A DNA stretch of 64,000 bases from Eledone cirrhosa (lineage: Eukaryota): the NCBI GenBank assembly GCA_964016885.1, contig OZ024741.1, positions 92,938,001 through 93,002,000 on the forward strand, read 5' to 3'. The position numbers and the translations under genes were made by a program. Positions 10,486-23,397 of this stretch are shown here, one piece after another. How positions within the stretch are numbered: position 1 is the stretch's first letter; each line of letters opens with the position of its first letter. The notes under the pieces are model-generated. The model saw only the letters and a list, made by a program, of their open reading frames with translations, was not told where the DNA came from and ran no database searches.

Positions 10486-13447
10486 CTTGTCAAGGGGTAA
10501 TTCCATATATGGTCAAAGTGATTGTCACAAGGATTGGTCACAAGTTAGTAAGTAATTCTGTGATGGCAAATTAGTGGGGGAGAGGGTGGCTAAACCTGCC
10601 AGTAGGAGAAAAAGAGGAGGGGGTGGAGTAGACCCAATCATGCGTTGGTAGTGCCGGCTACAGCTGGGCATGAGGTCAAAGAAGATACTAGGGAGGGGGA
10701 GGAAGTCGAAACGGCAAGTAGAACAATGAAGGGTAAAAATATATATATGTAAAAAAATACTGAGAGTGATAAAAAGCGAATAAATGTAAAGAAAAAAATA
10801 TAAGCAATTTCTACAACCTAAGTCTCTAGCTATTGTTAGGCTAGATAAAGAAATAAAGAAATAAAGAAATAAAAAAATAAGTAAATAAACTAGGTGGGAC
10901 GGAATAGGAAAGGACCCTTTTAAGAGGTATAAGTACGTATATCATACGGTGACGGGTCAACAATGGGGGCCAAAATACTAAAGAAACCACCACAAAATAA
11001 TTAATAAAGGTTTCTACCCCGGGCACAAGGCCAGCAACCACCCAGTGCAGAAAAGTAAGCTAGTACGAGATAATAATTCTGAGTCCCGAAAAAAATATAC
11101 TAATGCTAACTCTAATGGTACCGCCACGCTACAAAAGTTCTTATACAAGCTACATGAACGTTCGTACGACGCGGTGGTCACAGATCTTATAGGATTATTC
11201 CTAATAGCCAAACTCACCGATATGTTTCCTGCATTCGGTGGTGGATTGTACCGTGATGATGGGCTCCTTACCCTTAAAGGGTACAACCCCAGTAGTACAG
11301 ATCGGGTCCGGAAACAATTAATCAGCTTCTTTCGCGACTGGGGATTTAAAATAACCCTACAAATGTCCCTGACCCGAGTAAACTTCCTGGACGTTACCCT
11401 CGACCTCGAAAACGACCTGTACTACCCATACAGGAAACCCAATGACAACCTGCACTACATCCACCGCCGATCTAACCATCCCAGGAACATCACCAACAAC
11501 CTGGTCAAAAACATCTCCCTCCGCATATCCCGTTTGTCAGCTAATGAGCGGATATTCGATGAACATGCGCCTTATTACAACCAGACCTTCAAGCGGAGTG
11601 GTTTCCGGGAGGAAATATCCTACTGTCCAGCTCCCATTAGCGGAACCAGCAGGCGACACCGCCGCTCACGCAATGTAACATGGTTCAATCCTCCCCACAA
11701 CGCAGAGGTGACAACTCCCATCGGGAAAATATTATTTAGGCTCATTGAAAAACACTTCCCACTACAACACCGCTACCACAACATAATTAACAAAAATACC
11801 ATCAAACTCTCTTACAGCACTACACCAAACTTCGCACAAAACATCGTCTCCTCTAACAACAAAAAACTCAACCCCGATGGAAGAAATAACCTAAATAGCA
11901 GTGGAGAGCCGACCAGGAGGTGCAACTGTCCTGATAGATCCATTTGCCCCCTCAACAACAGATGCAGAGACCGTAATGTGATCTACCAGTGCAACGTGAG
12001 GACGGACACCTCCAACAAAGCTTATATAGGACTAACCGCATGTGACTTCAAGACCCGGCTATACCAACATATATAGACTAGGGCATATATACCAACATAT
12101 ATAGACACCCTACTTGCCGATTTTGTAATGGGTAACCCCTGCTTGCCAAGGGAGACGTAAGATCTTCTTTTTATTCTTTTATCGCTTCCTCTATATTTCC
12201 TTCTTCCCCCATCCCTCCCTAGTCCTTCTACCCCAGTTCCTTTTCTTTGTCGGCGTATTTTTCTCGCCCACCCGAGGCAGCCCTTTGGCCCCTTGTAGCC
12301 TCAGTACCCCCACCCCCTCCCCTAGTCTATGATAGATTTGGCGGACTCCGCTTTTTATAGCAGTTGTGTTAGACCTCGGATACTTGCCCCCTTATCCGAC
12401 CGCTCCCCTTTTTTTCCGTGCCTTCTATATTTCTTAGTGGCACCTCTGCCTTAATTTCTCGTTTCAGTATTTCTTTCTTCTCTTTTCTTTTGGGCGGGGT
12501 GGATTCTGAATTTATTCTTCCGTATTCTACTTTTACCTCGTACGAACTTTCATGTAGCTTGTATAAGAACTTTTGTAGCGTGGCGGTACCATTAGAGTTA
12601 GCATTAGTATATTTTTTTCAGAACTCAGAATAATTATCTCGTACTAGTTTACTTTTCTGCACTGGGTGGTTGCTGGCCTTGTGCCCGGGGTAGAAACCTT
12701 TATTAATTATTTTGTGGTGGTTTCTTTAGTATTTTGGCACCCATTGTTGACCCGTCACCGTATGATATACGTACTTATACCTCTTAAAAGGGTCCTTTCC
12801 TATTCCGTCCCACCTAGTTTATTTACTTATTTATTTATTTCTTTATTTTTTTATTTCTTTATTTCTTTCTTTATTTCTTTCTTTCTTTATTTATTTATTT
12901 ATCTAGCCTAGCAATAGCTAGAGACTTAGGTCGTAGAAATTGCTTATATTTTTTTCTTTACATTTATTTGCTTTTTATCACTCTCAGTATTTTTTTTCAT
13001 ATATATATTTTTACCCTTCACTGTTCTACTTGACGTTTCGACTTCCTCCCCCTCCACCTCCACCTCCCTAGTATCTTCTTTGACCTCATGCCCAGCTGTA
13101 GCCGGCACTACCAATGCATGATTGGGTCTACTCCACCCCCTCCCCTTTTTCTCCTACTGGCAGGTTTAGCCACCCTCTCCCCCACTAATTTGCCATCACA
13201 GAATTACTACTAACTTGTGACCAATCCTTGTGACAATCACTTTGACCATATATGGAATTACCCCTTGAGAAGCTCGGCTATTTATATACCAGGATAAATT
13301 TTCATTTAGTCCAGAATTAGCCGTCGAAACGGCTTGAGCTCAGCCGTCGGGGTCTTACTGGTTCCTATTACCCACTTTACTATCCTAAGTATTGAGTACT
13401 TTGGTGCGTTATGGTCCACCTGGTTCATTACCACATTTCCTTCATTA
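10486..13447 (+). mobile_element. Penelope-like element: RT C-terminus/GIY-YIG fragment (~11165-12076) with 3' pLTR and an inverted partial pLTR copy
   Basis: GLYRDDGL, VNFLDVTLDL, YRKPND..YIH..SNHP, WFNPP, CNC..CPL..C, NVIYQ and YIGLT motifs; 10486-11168 is the reverse complement of 12538-13272. Confidence 0.93.
13260..13353 (+). ncRNA. Hammerhead-like motif with non-canonical core in Penelope pLTR
   Basis: Stem I ACCCC/GGGGT; core TTGAGAAG; CGGCTA..TAGCCG; GAAACGGC-TTGAGCTCA-GCCGTC. Confidence 0.6.
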
Positions 13448-13465
13448 TATATATATATATATATA

Positions 13466-15042
13466 ATGCTCTCTTCCTTGTGAGGCAGTTACAAGAAAAG
13501 CATCTAGCTAAAAGTAAGCCTCTCTACTTGGCATTTGTCGATCTGGAAAAAGCCTTCGACAAAGTGCTCCGTGCTATAATCTGGTGGGCTCTTAGAAAAC
13601 TAGGAGTGGATGAATGGCTTGTGAAGGCTGTACAAGCTATGTATAGAGGAGCAGTCAACAAAGTTAGGATTAACAATGACTATAGTGAGGAATTTAGTAT
13701 ACAGGTTGGTGTCCACCAGGGCTCTGCTCTTCCCCTCTCCTGTTTATTATCGTTTTGCAGGCTATAACAGAGGAGTTTAAGATCGGATGCCCAAGTGAAC
13801 TTCTGTACGTGGATGATTTTACACTTATAGCTGAATTTATGGTGGAACTAGAGAAGAAATTCCAAACATGGAAGCAGGGCCTACAAAGAAGGGGTCTCAA
13901 AGTCAACCTGACAAAGGCTAAGGTCTTCTTAAGTAGATGAACTAGACGAACTTGGAAATAGAAGGCAACCTGGAGAAGAAAGGTGTAGGTAGGAACTCCA
14001 TCCTCTTCTCCAAATGCAAACTATGGGTACACAAGAGATGTAGTGGGATCCCAGGAAGTTTAGCTAAGAATGTAGGCTTTACATGCACCGAGACAGTAAG
14101 CAGCAAACGACCACAGGAAACAAGCACTACCAAATTCTGGGAGGGCTCAGCAGAACAGTAGACAGCTTCTGCTACCTAGGTGACCGAATTAACAGCGGAG
14201 GTGGGTGTTCTGAAAGTACAGTAACCAGAGTAAGAACGGGATGGAAGAAGTTCAGGGAGCTACTACTACTGCTGGCTGCAAAAGGCTTTTCTCTCAAGAT
14301 GAAAGGCAGAATGTATGATGCATGCATACAAACAGCAATGTTGCATGGTAGTGAGTCATGGGTGTTGTGTGCAGAAGACTTGCGTAGATTAGAAAGAAAT
14401 GAAGCTTGCGTGCTCTGATGTGTTATAGTAATATACATGAACAGCAAAGCATAAACAAATTAAGAGAGAGACTAGATATAAGAGGAATCAAATGCTGTGT
14501 GCAGGAGAGGAGATTATGTTGGTATGAATATGTGATGCGTATGAAGGATGACAACTGCATAAAAAGGTGCAGAGCGCTAAAAGTCGATGGAAGCCTTGGA
14601 GTGGGGAAACCCAAGAAGACCTGGGATGAAGTGACAAAAGTTGATCTTGCCCAATTGCCCCTCTCAAAGGCGATGACACTGTACCAAGACCTCTGGCGTT
14701 ACACAGTAATACAGAAGAACCGACTTCCCATGGGTACAAGCCGAAGCTGAAGCATACAGACAGTATGCGCCTGCCACTGTAAAATGGTCGGGTAGGTGCC
14801 GCGACAAAAAATCACCCAGTCCACACTGTAGAGTGGTCGTGTAGGCGCCACGGTAAAGAGCACCCAGTACTCACTGTAAATGAGGTTGGTGTTAGGAAGG
14901 GCATGCAGCTGTAGAAATCAAGCCTAAATCAGTTCTGTATCAGCAATACATGGTCACCTAACCTGGCACTGCCCACAACAGGGCAACTCGTATAACACAT
15001 GCCAGCATGGAAGAATGGACGTAAAACGGTGATGATGATGAT
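13466..15042 (+). mobile_element. RTE LINE 3' portion, degenerate and chimeric
   Basis: RT motifs (LAFVDLEKAFD, HQGS) across broken ORFs; 3'UTR; gatgatgat tail. Confidence 0.92.
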
Positions 15043-15073
15043 ATCATGGTTATTGTCTTGAAAACATAAACGT

Positions 15074-15142
<69 letters not shown>

Positions 15143-15521
15143 ACAACCTCCTTAATGTTGATCATTTACACAACAAACACAGCCAGTACACTGTAATGTG
15201 GTTGGTGTTAGGAAGGACATCCGTAGAAAACTTGCCAAAAGGTTGAGAGGACTTTTCAGCTGTATCATAGACACCACAATCTTTCTAATGCGGATCTGAT
15301 GACAAAATGCACTTGTTAAAGCTTGAGATCGTATGTAAGTGAGAGGCAGGGTCCCAATCGATCAGAGTTGTCAGTTGTGCCGCTTGAGTTCCGACCTGGT
15401 CGGTTGACGACCCGTCCAATACTTGCTAACAGGAAAGATATTAGACGCTGGTGGTGATGTGTGTTATTGTATATATGAATGTGTATATTTGGTTGTTTAT
15501 TTCGTTTCATTCCGTTCAAGC

Positions 15522-15592
<71 letters not shown>

Positions 15593-15595
<3 letters not shown>

Positions 15596-15761
15596 AAGTA
15601 TGACCCCGACGGCAGAGCTCAAGCCGTTTCGACGGTCCAGAAATAGCCGTCGAAACGGCTTGAGCTCTGCCGTCGGGGTCATACTTTCTCCTATTACCCA
15701 CTCTACGTATTGAGTACTCTGGTGCGTTATGGTGCTCTGGTTCCTTACCACAACTCCTCCG

Positions 15762-15762
<1 letters not shown>
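15593..15762 (+). mobile_element. Truncated Penelope pLTR with ~50-bp inversion, same family as 13260-13447
   Basis: Palindrome 15593-15690 around gtcgaaacggcttgagctctgccgtcggggtc; lies between (AG)n/(TA)n tracts. Confidence 0.85.
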
Positions 15763-15825
<63 letters not shown>

Positions 15826-16837
15826 TACAATAACAGAGATAGTTTAAAGCTAATATATATATATACATATATATATACATATATATATATAAATAACTGA
15901 ATAAAAATAAAACACTCACAACGCAAAAAAAGGCAGAATAAGTTAGCTTGAAAGATAAAAAAATATATATATGACATTGCTTAGTTGATACTAACACACC
16001 ACCATATATGGTTAAAATAGTTGTTAAATCACACACACATGTATTCACAAAATGACCAGTTGATAAAATAGGTGTTTATTTTCTGACATTCCAGTCATAG
16101 CAGTTGGCCAATTTCCTGCTCTAAAATATGTCTCTCCACCTTCGCTAAATAAAAGAGAAACAATTTACTTTAATCACATGACCTAGAATGATTTTGTAAT
16201 ACTGTATTTTATTATCCTTTATGTGATCGCTCAATCTGCTGGAAATAGCAACACAATTTCTCTGAAGATAAATCTTCTAATTTGCAAAAAAGGTGAACGG
16301 TAATATAATCACAGGAAAAGTGTCTCAGAAAAAAAGTCACACTTTTGACGAGAAAAATAAAAACGATTTAAATCGGAAACTAAGTATTTCCAGTGTATTT
16401 TCCGCCCCCTTAAATCTTTGTTTTCACTGTATTAAATAAATTATCTTTTTATGGTATTTAAATAAAATGTAACTTTTTCTCCTGCAATGTCTTTTGAATT
16501 CGAAAAAAAATTTAAAAAAGGATTCATTACATGTACAGAAAATGTTTGTAAGTAATGCGTCACTCTCTAAATCAGTCATGGGCAAATGCGGCCCGTGAGC
16601 TGCATGCGGCCCATTTAGCTTTCTGAATGGCACGCTTAATTTCAAAATTGTCTTGAAATTTTTAAGTGCAGAATCACATCCTATGAAGACCACTGCTCGA
16701 AAAGGGCTGCTCTAAATGTTTGAATTCATTAAGCTAGCAACTAGCAACATCAAAGCAAGATAACCAAAAGCTACAAACAGATTTCAATTCAAGTAATAGT
16801 TTACTTAACTCATGTAAATCTACATAACACATAATAA

Positions 16838-16936
<99 letters not shown>

Positions 16937-17059
16937 CAAAAGGCATATTTAATTTGTTGGTAATTCAACAAATATAAATGGTTATAACTGATTCAAAGCA
17001 CTCGACAAGTTTTCTGGAGTATAATATACATAGTTTCCATCAACATTTCAACATTCAAT

Positions 17060-17500
17060 GCCCTGCATCACGTCCATACTGTCTCCTTTCCTGCACACTG
17101 CATTTGACCCCTCTTGTGCCCAGTTTCTCTCTCAGTTCATTGATGATTCATCTTTCATGTACACTATTATTACACATCCAATGGAGCATGCATTCCTCAT
17201 TTCTTTCCAATCGTATTACCCCTGCACACAAAACCTAAGTCTTGCTTCTATGCAGCATTGTTGTTTGCACACATGCATCATACAATCTACTTTTCATTTT
17301 GAGAGAAAAACTTTTTGTAGCCAGTAATGGTAGAAGTCTCGGAACTTTTTCCAACCTGTTCTTACTTGGGTTACTATACTTTCAGTACATCCACCTCCAC
17401 GGCTAATTTGGTCACTCATGTAATCGAAACTGTCAACTACTTCTAGGAAGCCCTTAGAGTATTTGATAGAGCTTGTTTCATGTGAGCAACTAGTTAGTAC
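17060..17500 (-). mobile_element. Degenerate RTE LINE C-terminal fragment
   Basis: GGGCTESIVTQVRTGWKKFR in the minus-strand ORF. Confidence 0.8.
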
Positions 17501-18264
17501 CCTAAGCACAATCCAACAATACATTTCCTTGGACCCTTCCATTCTCTACGACATTAAGATATCTATATACTACTAAAACTCTGTGATTGATTGCTTGCTT
17601 GTCTGTAATGTAATACAGCTAAAAGGGCACATAATGGGAAAATACTTTGAAAGGAAGTTGACCCTGAAATGGGAATACAAATGGAATAAAATAAGTTTTG
17701 CATAAATCAGAGCATGGGTACCTTCATAAACAGAGAGAGAAAGAGATAGTGGTTGTGAGAGAGTAGATTGAAAGAGAGACATAGAGAGGGAGTGGAGACA
17801 GAGAAGCAGAATGGAAGAGAGAGCTGGTGTTCAAATCACGGAGATCAGAAGGCTGCGTATTCAAATCACGTCGGGGTCACCACTTTAGACGACGTGTATT
17901 TGTGTATTTATGACTTGCAAAAATATTCAGAAGAATACGAATGGCTGGTACGTGAAAAATGCATGTTGTCGCTCTGCATTTTTTTTGCCAGAGTGTCTGT
18001 GTTATTTTTATGACGTCCATTTGTGACGTCAGGGCTATCACACTACAGGTGTCGCTTCGCTACATATGTATACATATATGTATACACATATATATATACA
18101 TGTATGTATACATATACATATATGTATATATATGTATGTATATATATATACAGATATCTATATATATACATGTATGTATATATATATATATATGTATACA
18201 TATATACATGTATGTATATATATACATATATGTATACACATATATATATACACATATATATACA

Positions 18265-19625
18265 CAACAAATCCTCCATTCCCATTATGCCAAACCCATG
18301 ACTTCCAAATATCTGATCCACCGAAACTCAGCTGTTTCGGACCATACCAAAATCAACATACTGATTGCGGATTTGGTATGGGTGATGAGAAATGTGTCCC
18401 GCATGTGCAACCCCAAAGAACTAGAGAGACACATACAACACTTCATCCACCGTATGCAGTTCTCTGGTTACAATCAAAGAGATAAAATCAGAATATATAG
18501 AGGAGCCAGAACCAAATGGGAAAAAATGGTAAATAATGATACAAATGGGACCTGCCCCTTGTATAGGAGCAAATTTTGGAATAGAATAGAAAGAACTAGG
18601 AATAAGGTTAATAGAATAAACTCATGGTATGATAGCAATAAATACCAGAGTGTAATGTTCATCGATACAACCCCTAGAGGTGAATTAGCTTACAAATTTA
18701 GAAGGGCCCTAGATACACATAAACTCAATATTAAGATAGTAGAAAGACCAGGTACCTCCATAAAAACACTTATTAGCAATACATACCCTTTTCAAAAACC
18801 TCCCTGTATAGATAAGAAATGTATATAATCTGTACGCTAAGCCCCCATATTAACTGTAAAACTAGAAATGTAGTATATAGCATAAGATGTACTGAAGGAC
18901 AATGTAGAGATAAGAATATAGTGTACATAGGTGAGACAGCTCGTAGTATAGGGGAACGGATAAATGAATACTGGTGAGAGCTTCAAGATAGTAAAGAATC
19001 ATCTGTACTCCACCAACATGCTAAACTAGAACATAAGGGTAAATTAGAGAACATAGAAATAAAAATAGAATCTACACACAGAAAAGACACAATGTTTAGA
19101 CAAATCACAGAGGCAATAAACATACCAAAATTAAATAGAAAACATGAATGGAACAGCAACATCACAACTTACAATTAAGGACAAAATGAAAACACACACA
19201 CACACACATAGAACAAACAACCAACCAGTAACATGTAAATAAACAAATAAATAAACAAATATAAACACGCACAGACACCCGCATGTAACACATGTGCAAA
19301 CTAAGCACACAACACACACAAAAACAAGATGGTGTAGGACAGAACAAAGGAGAGGCACAAAAACAAAGGAAAGAATCCCCAGTCACTGAAGAGGTCACAG
19401 AATGTGTGATGAAAGAACTTTGACAATATATGAACAATCGTCTGGTTGTGGAACCAACCGGAAATTTATAAATTCCTAAATTTATAAATTTAATTTATAA
19501 TAAATTGAAGTGAGAGCAACTGGTGCGTGTGTTTCTTATTGGCAACATGACCCTCCCAAAGTATAACAATATCGGTTTCAACACACGTTTTCAGATAAAG
19601 AATCTTGCTAAACAAATTCAGAAAC

Positions 19626-19630
<5 letters not shown>
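18265..19630 (+). mobile_element. Penelope-like element, 5'-truncated (thumb, GIY-YIG, 3' pLTR), in microsatellite
   Basis: HYAKPM..S, SGY, NCKTRNVVYSIRC..C, VYIGETARS, HQHA..EH and RQITEAINI motifs; flanked by TA/TACA repeats. Confidence 0.88.
19382..19424 (+). ncRNA. Minimal type I hammerhead motif in Penelope 3' pLTR (slightly degenerate)
   Basis: GTCA-CTGAAGA-G-GTCACA-GAATG-TGTGAT-GAAAG-AA-CTT-TGAC. Confidence 0.65.
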
Positions 19631-19679
<49 letters not shown>

Positions 19680-19820
19680 AGAATATTTTCGAAACAGTGA
19701 GTGGGTTTGAAATTATTAGAAATGTAAGCTATCGCCGTATTTTGACTAAAGAAATTAAAGAAATTATTTAGCCTGATAGTGGTGTTAAGAACCCTCGGAG
19801 AAATGGAAAAAGATGAGTAT

Positions 19821-19892
19821 TGACGTACATGGGAGTCGAACCCACATCTTTGGTTATCCGGACCACTGCGCTACCATTTACACCAACACATG
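19821..19892 (-). pseudogene. tRNA-like sequence (pseudo-tRNA or SINE head)
   Basis: TGGTGTAAATGGTAGC D arm and GTGGGTTCGACTCCCAT T arm; acceptor and anticodon stems imperfect. Confidence 0.55.
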
Positions 19893-20039
19893 GTACATGC
19901 CACCTTGAATGATGTCATCAGAAGAAGCTTTGACATGGTCAGTTCCCATCACAACTGGAACCTGCCAACCATAATTGTAGTAATGGTCCCAGGCAAGATA
20001 ACCCTTTTCCTGTTTGAATGAGATAAATCTCTAATCTGG

Positions 20040-20330
20040 GAGGGTATGTGCTGTATCATGTTCTCCGTCTCCAACCTTGTTGCTTCAGTCAAAAACCCAG
20101 GCACTGCCGTTTGTAACATAGAGTAGTTGATTTCCAAATACCAGGATTTGACCAACTGCTTCCTTTTTGTTCCAGTCGCTGTTGAGACCTCTGGTTTCAT
20201 TGATCCCTGCCATTTTCCTTGGCAAAATTGAGAGGAGTGCATCCCACCTAAAGAAGGAGCCCTGTATAATGGAATGGTTGATGAAGTGGGTTTTGCTGGT
20301 TGTTTCCATGGCAATGCTTTGTCTATTTTG
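20040..20330 (+). mobile_element. CRE-like RLE fragment, degenerate, related to the 3250 copy
   Basis: tccaaccttgttgcttcagtcaaaaacccaggcactgcc resembles the 3250 copy; FVPVAVETSG. Confidence 0.6.
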
Positions 20331-20720
20331 TCTGCAAGTCACAGCTGAAATTTATCATCTAGACAGGGGTGTAGAGTCTACCATTACCTCACACTTCCCT
20401 TCACTTTCATTATTTAATTATCTTTATTTATTAACACTGAAATGATGGAAGACAAATTTGGGCTTGCAGGAATTTGAACCTGGAGTGCAAAGAACCAGAA
20501 TAAAGAGTACAAAGCCTTTCATCCAATGCCCTAATAACTCTGCTTATTAACTACATTTTTTAAGGTACATCCAGTACTAAGAAAAAACTCTGCGGTGCTT
20601 TAAGCTTGTACTTATTTTATTTAACCCTTTTGTGGCCATATTTTTAGTGAAATACACTGTATTTCAATTAAGTAATGAAGAATTTTAAGGGATTTACTAA
20701 AATTATTAATTATTAAGTTT

Positions 20721-20940
20721 GTGGTCGAGCCTGTAGCTGTGGAGACTTCCGGCATTATTGGCCCCCAGACCATATCCCTATTCACTGCTCTTAGAGTGGA
20801 GTTGGCTACTGGCAAGATTGAGGCCCGCACGCTGGAGTGGCTGTTTCAGTGCACCTCCCTCGTCATCCTCCAGGGCAATGACTTCTCCATCTTGTCTGCT
20901 GGGACCATGAGGTCCATGAGGTCTGCTGAGACCCTTAAAT
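20721..20940 (+). mobile_element. CRE-like RLE fragment
   Basis: EPVAVETSGIIGP...EWLFQCTSLVILQGN. Confidence 0.7.
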
Positions 20941-23189
20941 GAGAGTGAAATTGATTGTCAAACTTACAGGGTAAAAAGTGTAGTTAAGAATTTTTCTATC
21001 ACCTCTGATATCATAGCTTAGTTATAAATTATCAAAATGTTTGATTTCAGTTCGATGCTTATCAAAAGAAATGAGTTGTAGTGCACCTGAGCACTGTACA
21101 CAATAATTTCATTATATCATATCAATTAATGAAATCTCAAGATAATCATTTTTCAGATAGTAACTTAACATATGGTTCTTATACAAATTTATGTTGGAAG
21201 ATTATAATTTAAATAGAAACCCTTTAAATTGAATGGCTTTGTTTCATTGAACCAGAGCTGGTTTGAGGCAGGTTAATATCAAAAGGATTGATGGTTAATC
21301 TGGCCCTGATATATCACAGCAATGCACTATAATTGTTTCTACTTTTGGCACAATGCCATCAATTATCCCAGTACATTACTGGTACTTTATTTTATCGACC
21401 CCGTAAGGATGAAACGCAAAGTTAACCTCGGCGGGATTTGAACTCAGAATGACAAGGGCCGTAACTATATGCATCAAAGGATAGCGTCCGACCCTCTACC
21501 GATACTGCCAATCCACCGCACTATAATGTAAATCCTTCTGCTCAAGTTAAACAGGTTGTCTTTTAGACCACTATCTAGGGTAGTAGGTATGTATATATGG
21601 ACCCTAATCCCTGGTAGAGTTGTAGGGTGCAGTGATGTACAAACATGGTGAAGCCCATCCCTTCTCAAGGTCTGAATACAGCAGATGTCTTCCAAAGAAG
21701 GAGAGAAAGAGTGATGGAGGGGAAGTGAGAAAGAGATATAGAAGAACCATATATAGACCTCAGTATGGGACTAGTACTTTTTTTTATTGGGCTCAAAAGT
21801 TGACCTTGACAGGATTTGAGAGAGCCAGAACAAATACCACAAAACATTCCATCCAACTTCTAACAACTCTGACAATTCACTGCCTAGAGTAGAAGGTAGT
21901 AATGTATTTTTAAGCAGCATGTGGAATGAAATAAGTGTTTGTTTAATGGAGGTCACTATACCCAAAATAGAAAGAGGAGTGGAAACGTTATCTGTGACAG
22001 ACAGTCCCCTTTTACTGGTGGTAGTATAGTTGTTGATGGTAGTAGTCATAATGTTAATGGTGGTGGTGGTATTAGTATGGAGGGGAGGGGATAGTAGTGG
22101 TTGGATTGGCAATAATGATTCCTTTCTCAGCCTACTCATGCTTATGCAAGTAAATCTAGTCTACATGCCACTACCATAAATGAAACTTAAGGGTCAGTCC
22201 ATCTCCTCATGGTCCCCAGCTAACTGAAACTAAATTGAGGAAATAAGCTCCAGAGTTGAAGACAAGAGTCTAGCTGACACTTGTGTTAATGTTACTCTGC
22301 TGAATAATAACTAGTTGAATAGTCTGTCTAACTGCTTAAAAGTGGTTAGCAGTTAGCAGTTAACTCTTATGATACCAACACTCATAAACTTGTCTCTGTT
22401 TCTATAAAACAAAAGCATCTATTCGAAAGGGATTCTATTTAAAAAAAAAAAATCTTCCAACATAATTTGACATAAGAATCTTTTGTTAAGTTATGTTACA
22501 AAAACCACAATGAAATAATTAACAATTTTAGTAAATCCCTCCAAATTCTTTATTCATTAATTCAAATCTAGCATATTTTATTAGAATATGGTAGTGAAAG
22601 GGTTAAGGAAGATAGAAAAAACAAATATTCAATTATCAAGAAAATAGCATAAGCACTGTTCATACTTGAGTAATCATTTAATTCTTTTTTTATTATCTAA
22701 AAAAAAAAAAGTTTATTATCATATAATAAATTTGGAAAAAAATAAATTGTTTTCCCTCTAAAAATTGCTAACAAGGCTAATCAGCTGATGTATACATTTG
22801 AGAATACTATGTATTCTCAGCAGTTCCAGTAGATAGCAAGAGTAGAATACTCAATCTTGAGAAGGAGTAAGACATTCCAAAACAATTGTCAATTGTTTTC
22901 TCTCAGCTACCACTGGAACAAAAGGATGATGTCATCATCTACCACATGGTGTTTTATGAGGCTGTTTTCTTGTAAACAAACCGAATATTAATAATATTAT
23001 GATATCATCATAATATTATTATTATTCACTCATGAATACATATAATAAATATATAAGATTAAATAAAAGTACATATATATCTAAAGTCTAAGTTCAGGAG
23101 TCTGTTTCCAGTCGGGAGGCTCATTAGGCCAGTGCTTATCCTGGTTTTTCAGTCGGAAGGGACTGAGAAAAATAAGACTTTTCCCTTGG

Positions 23190-23380
23190 ACAGAACACCA
23201 GTCCATAGCAGGATTAAACCCCCCAGCTATTGTTGGTACTCATTTTCAACTGAGTATACTGGAGCAATGTGAAATGAAGTGTTTTATTCAAGAACACAAC
23301 ACACAACCCAGCCCAGGAATCCCACATCATTATGTTCCTAAGTCCAACACCTTTACCGGTAGGCCACGCACCTCCACATA
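23190..23380 (-). mobile_element. SINE head and central domain related to the 7845 copy
   Basis: ctggagcaatgtgaaatgaagtg..caagaacacaac..ggccacgcacctcca. Confidence 0.65.
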
Positions 23381-23397
23381 TATATAATCAATTAATT

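Noticed and set aside
11045-11165. N-terminus of the 343-aa Penelope ORF
   Set aside because: Derived from the inverted pLTR arm, so it is a fortuitous in-frame fusion and not a real start
15290-15332. Possible hammerhead at gatctgatgacaaaatgcacttgttaaagcttgagatc
   Set aside because: GAAA is replaced by TAAA and the stems are weak; too degenerate to call
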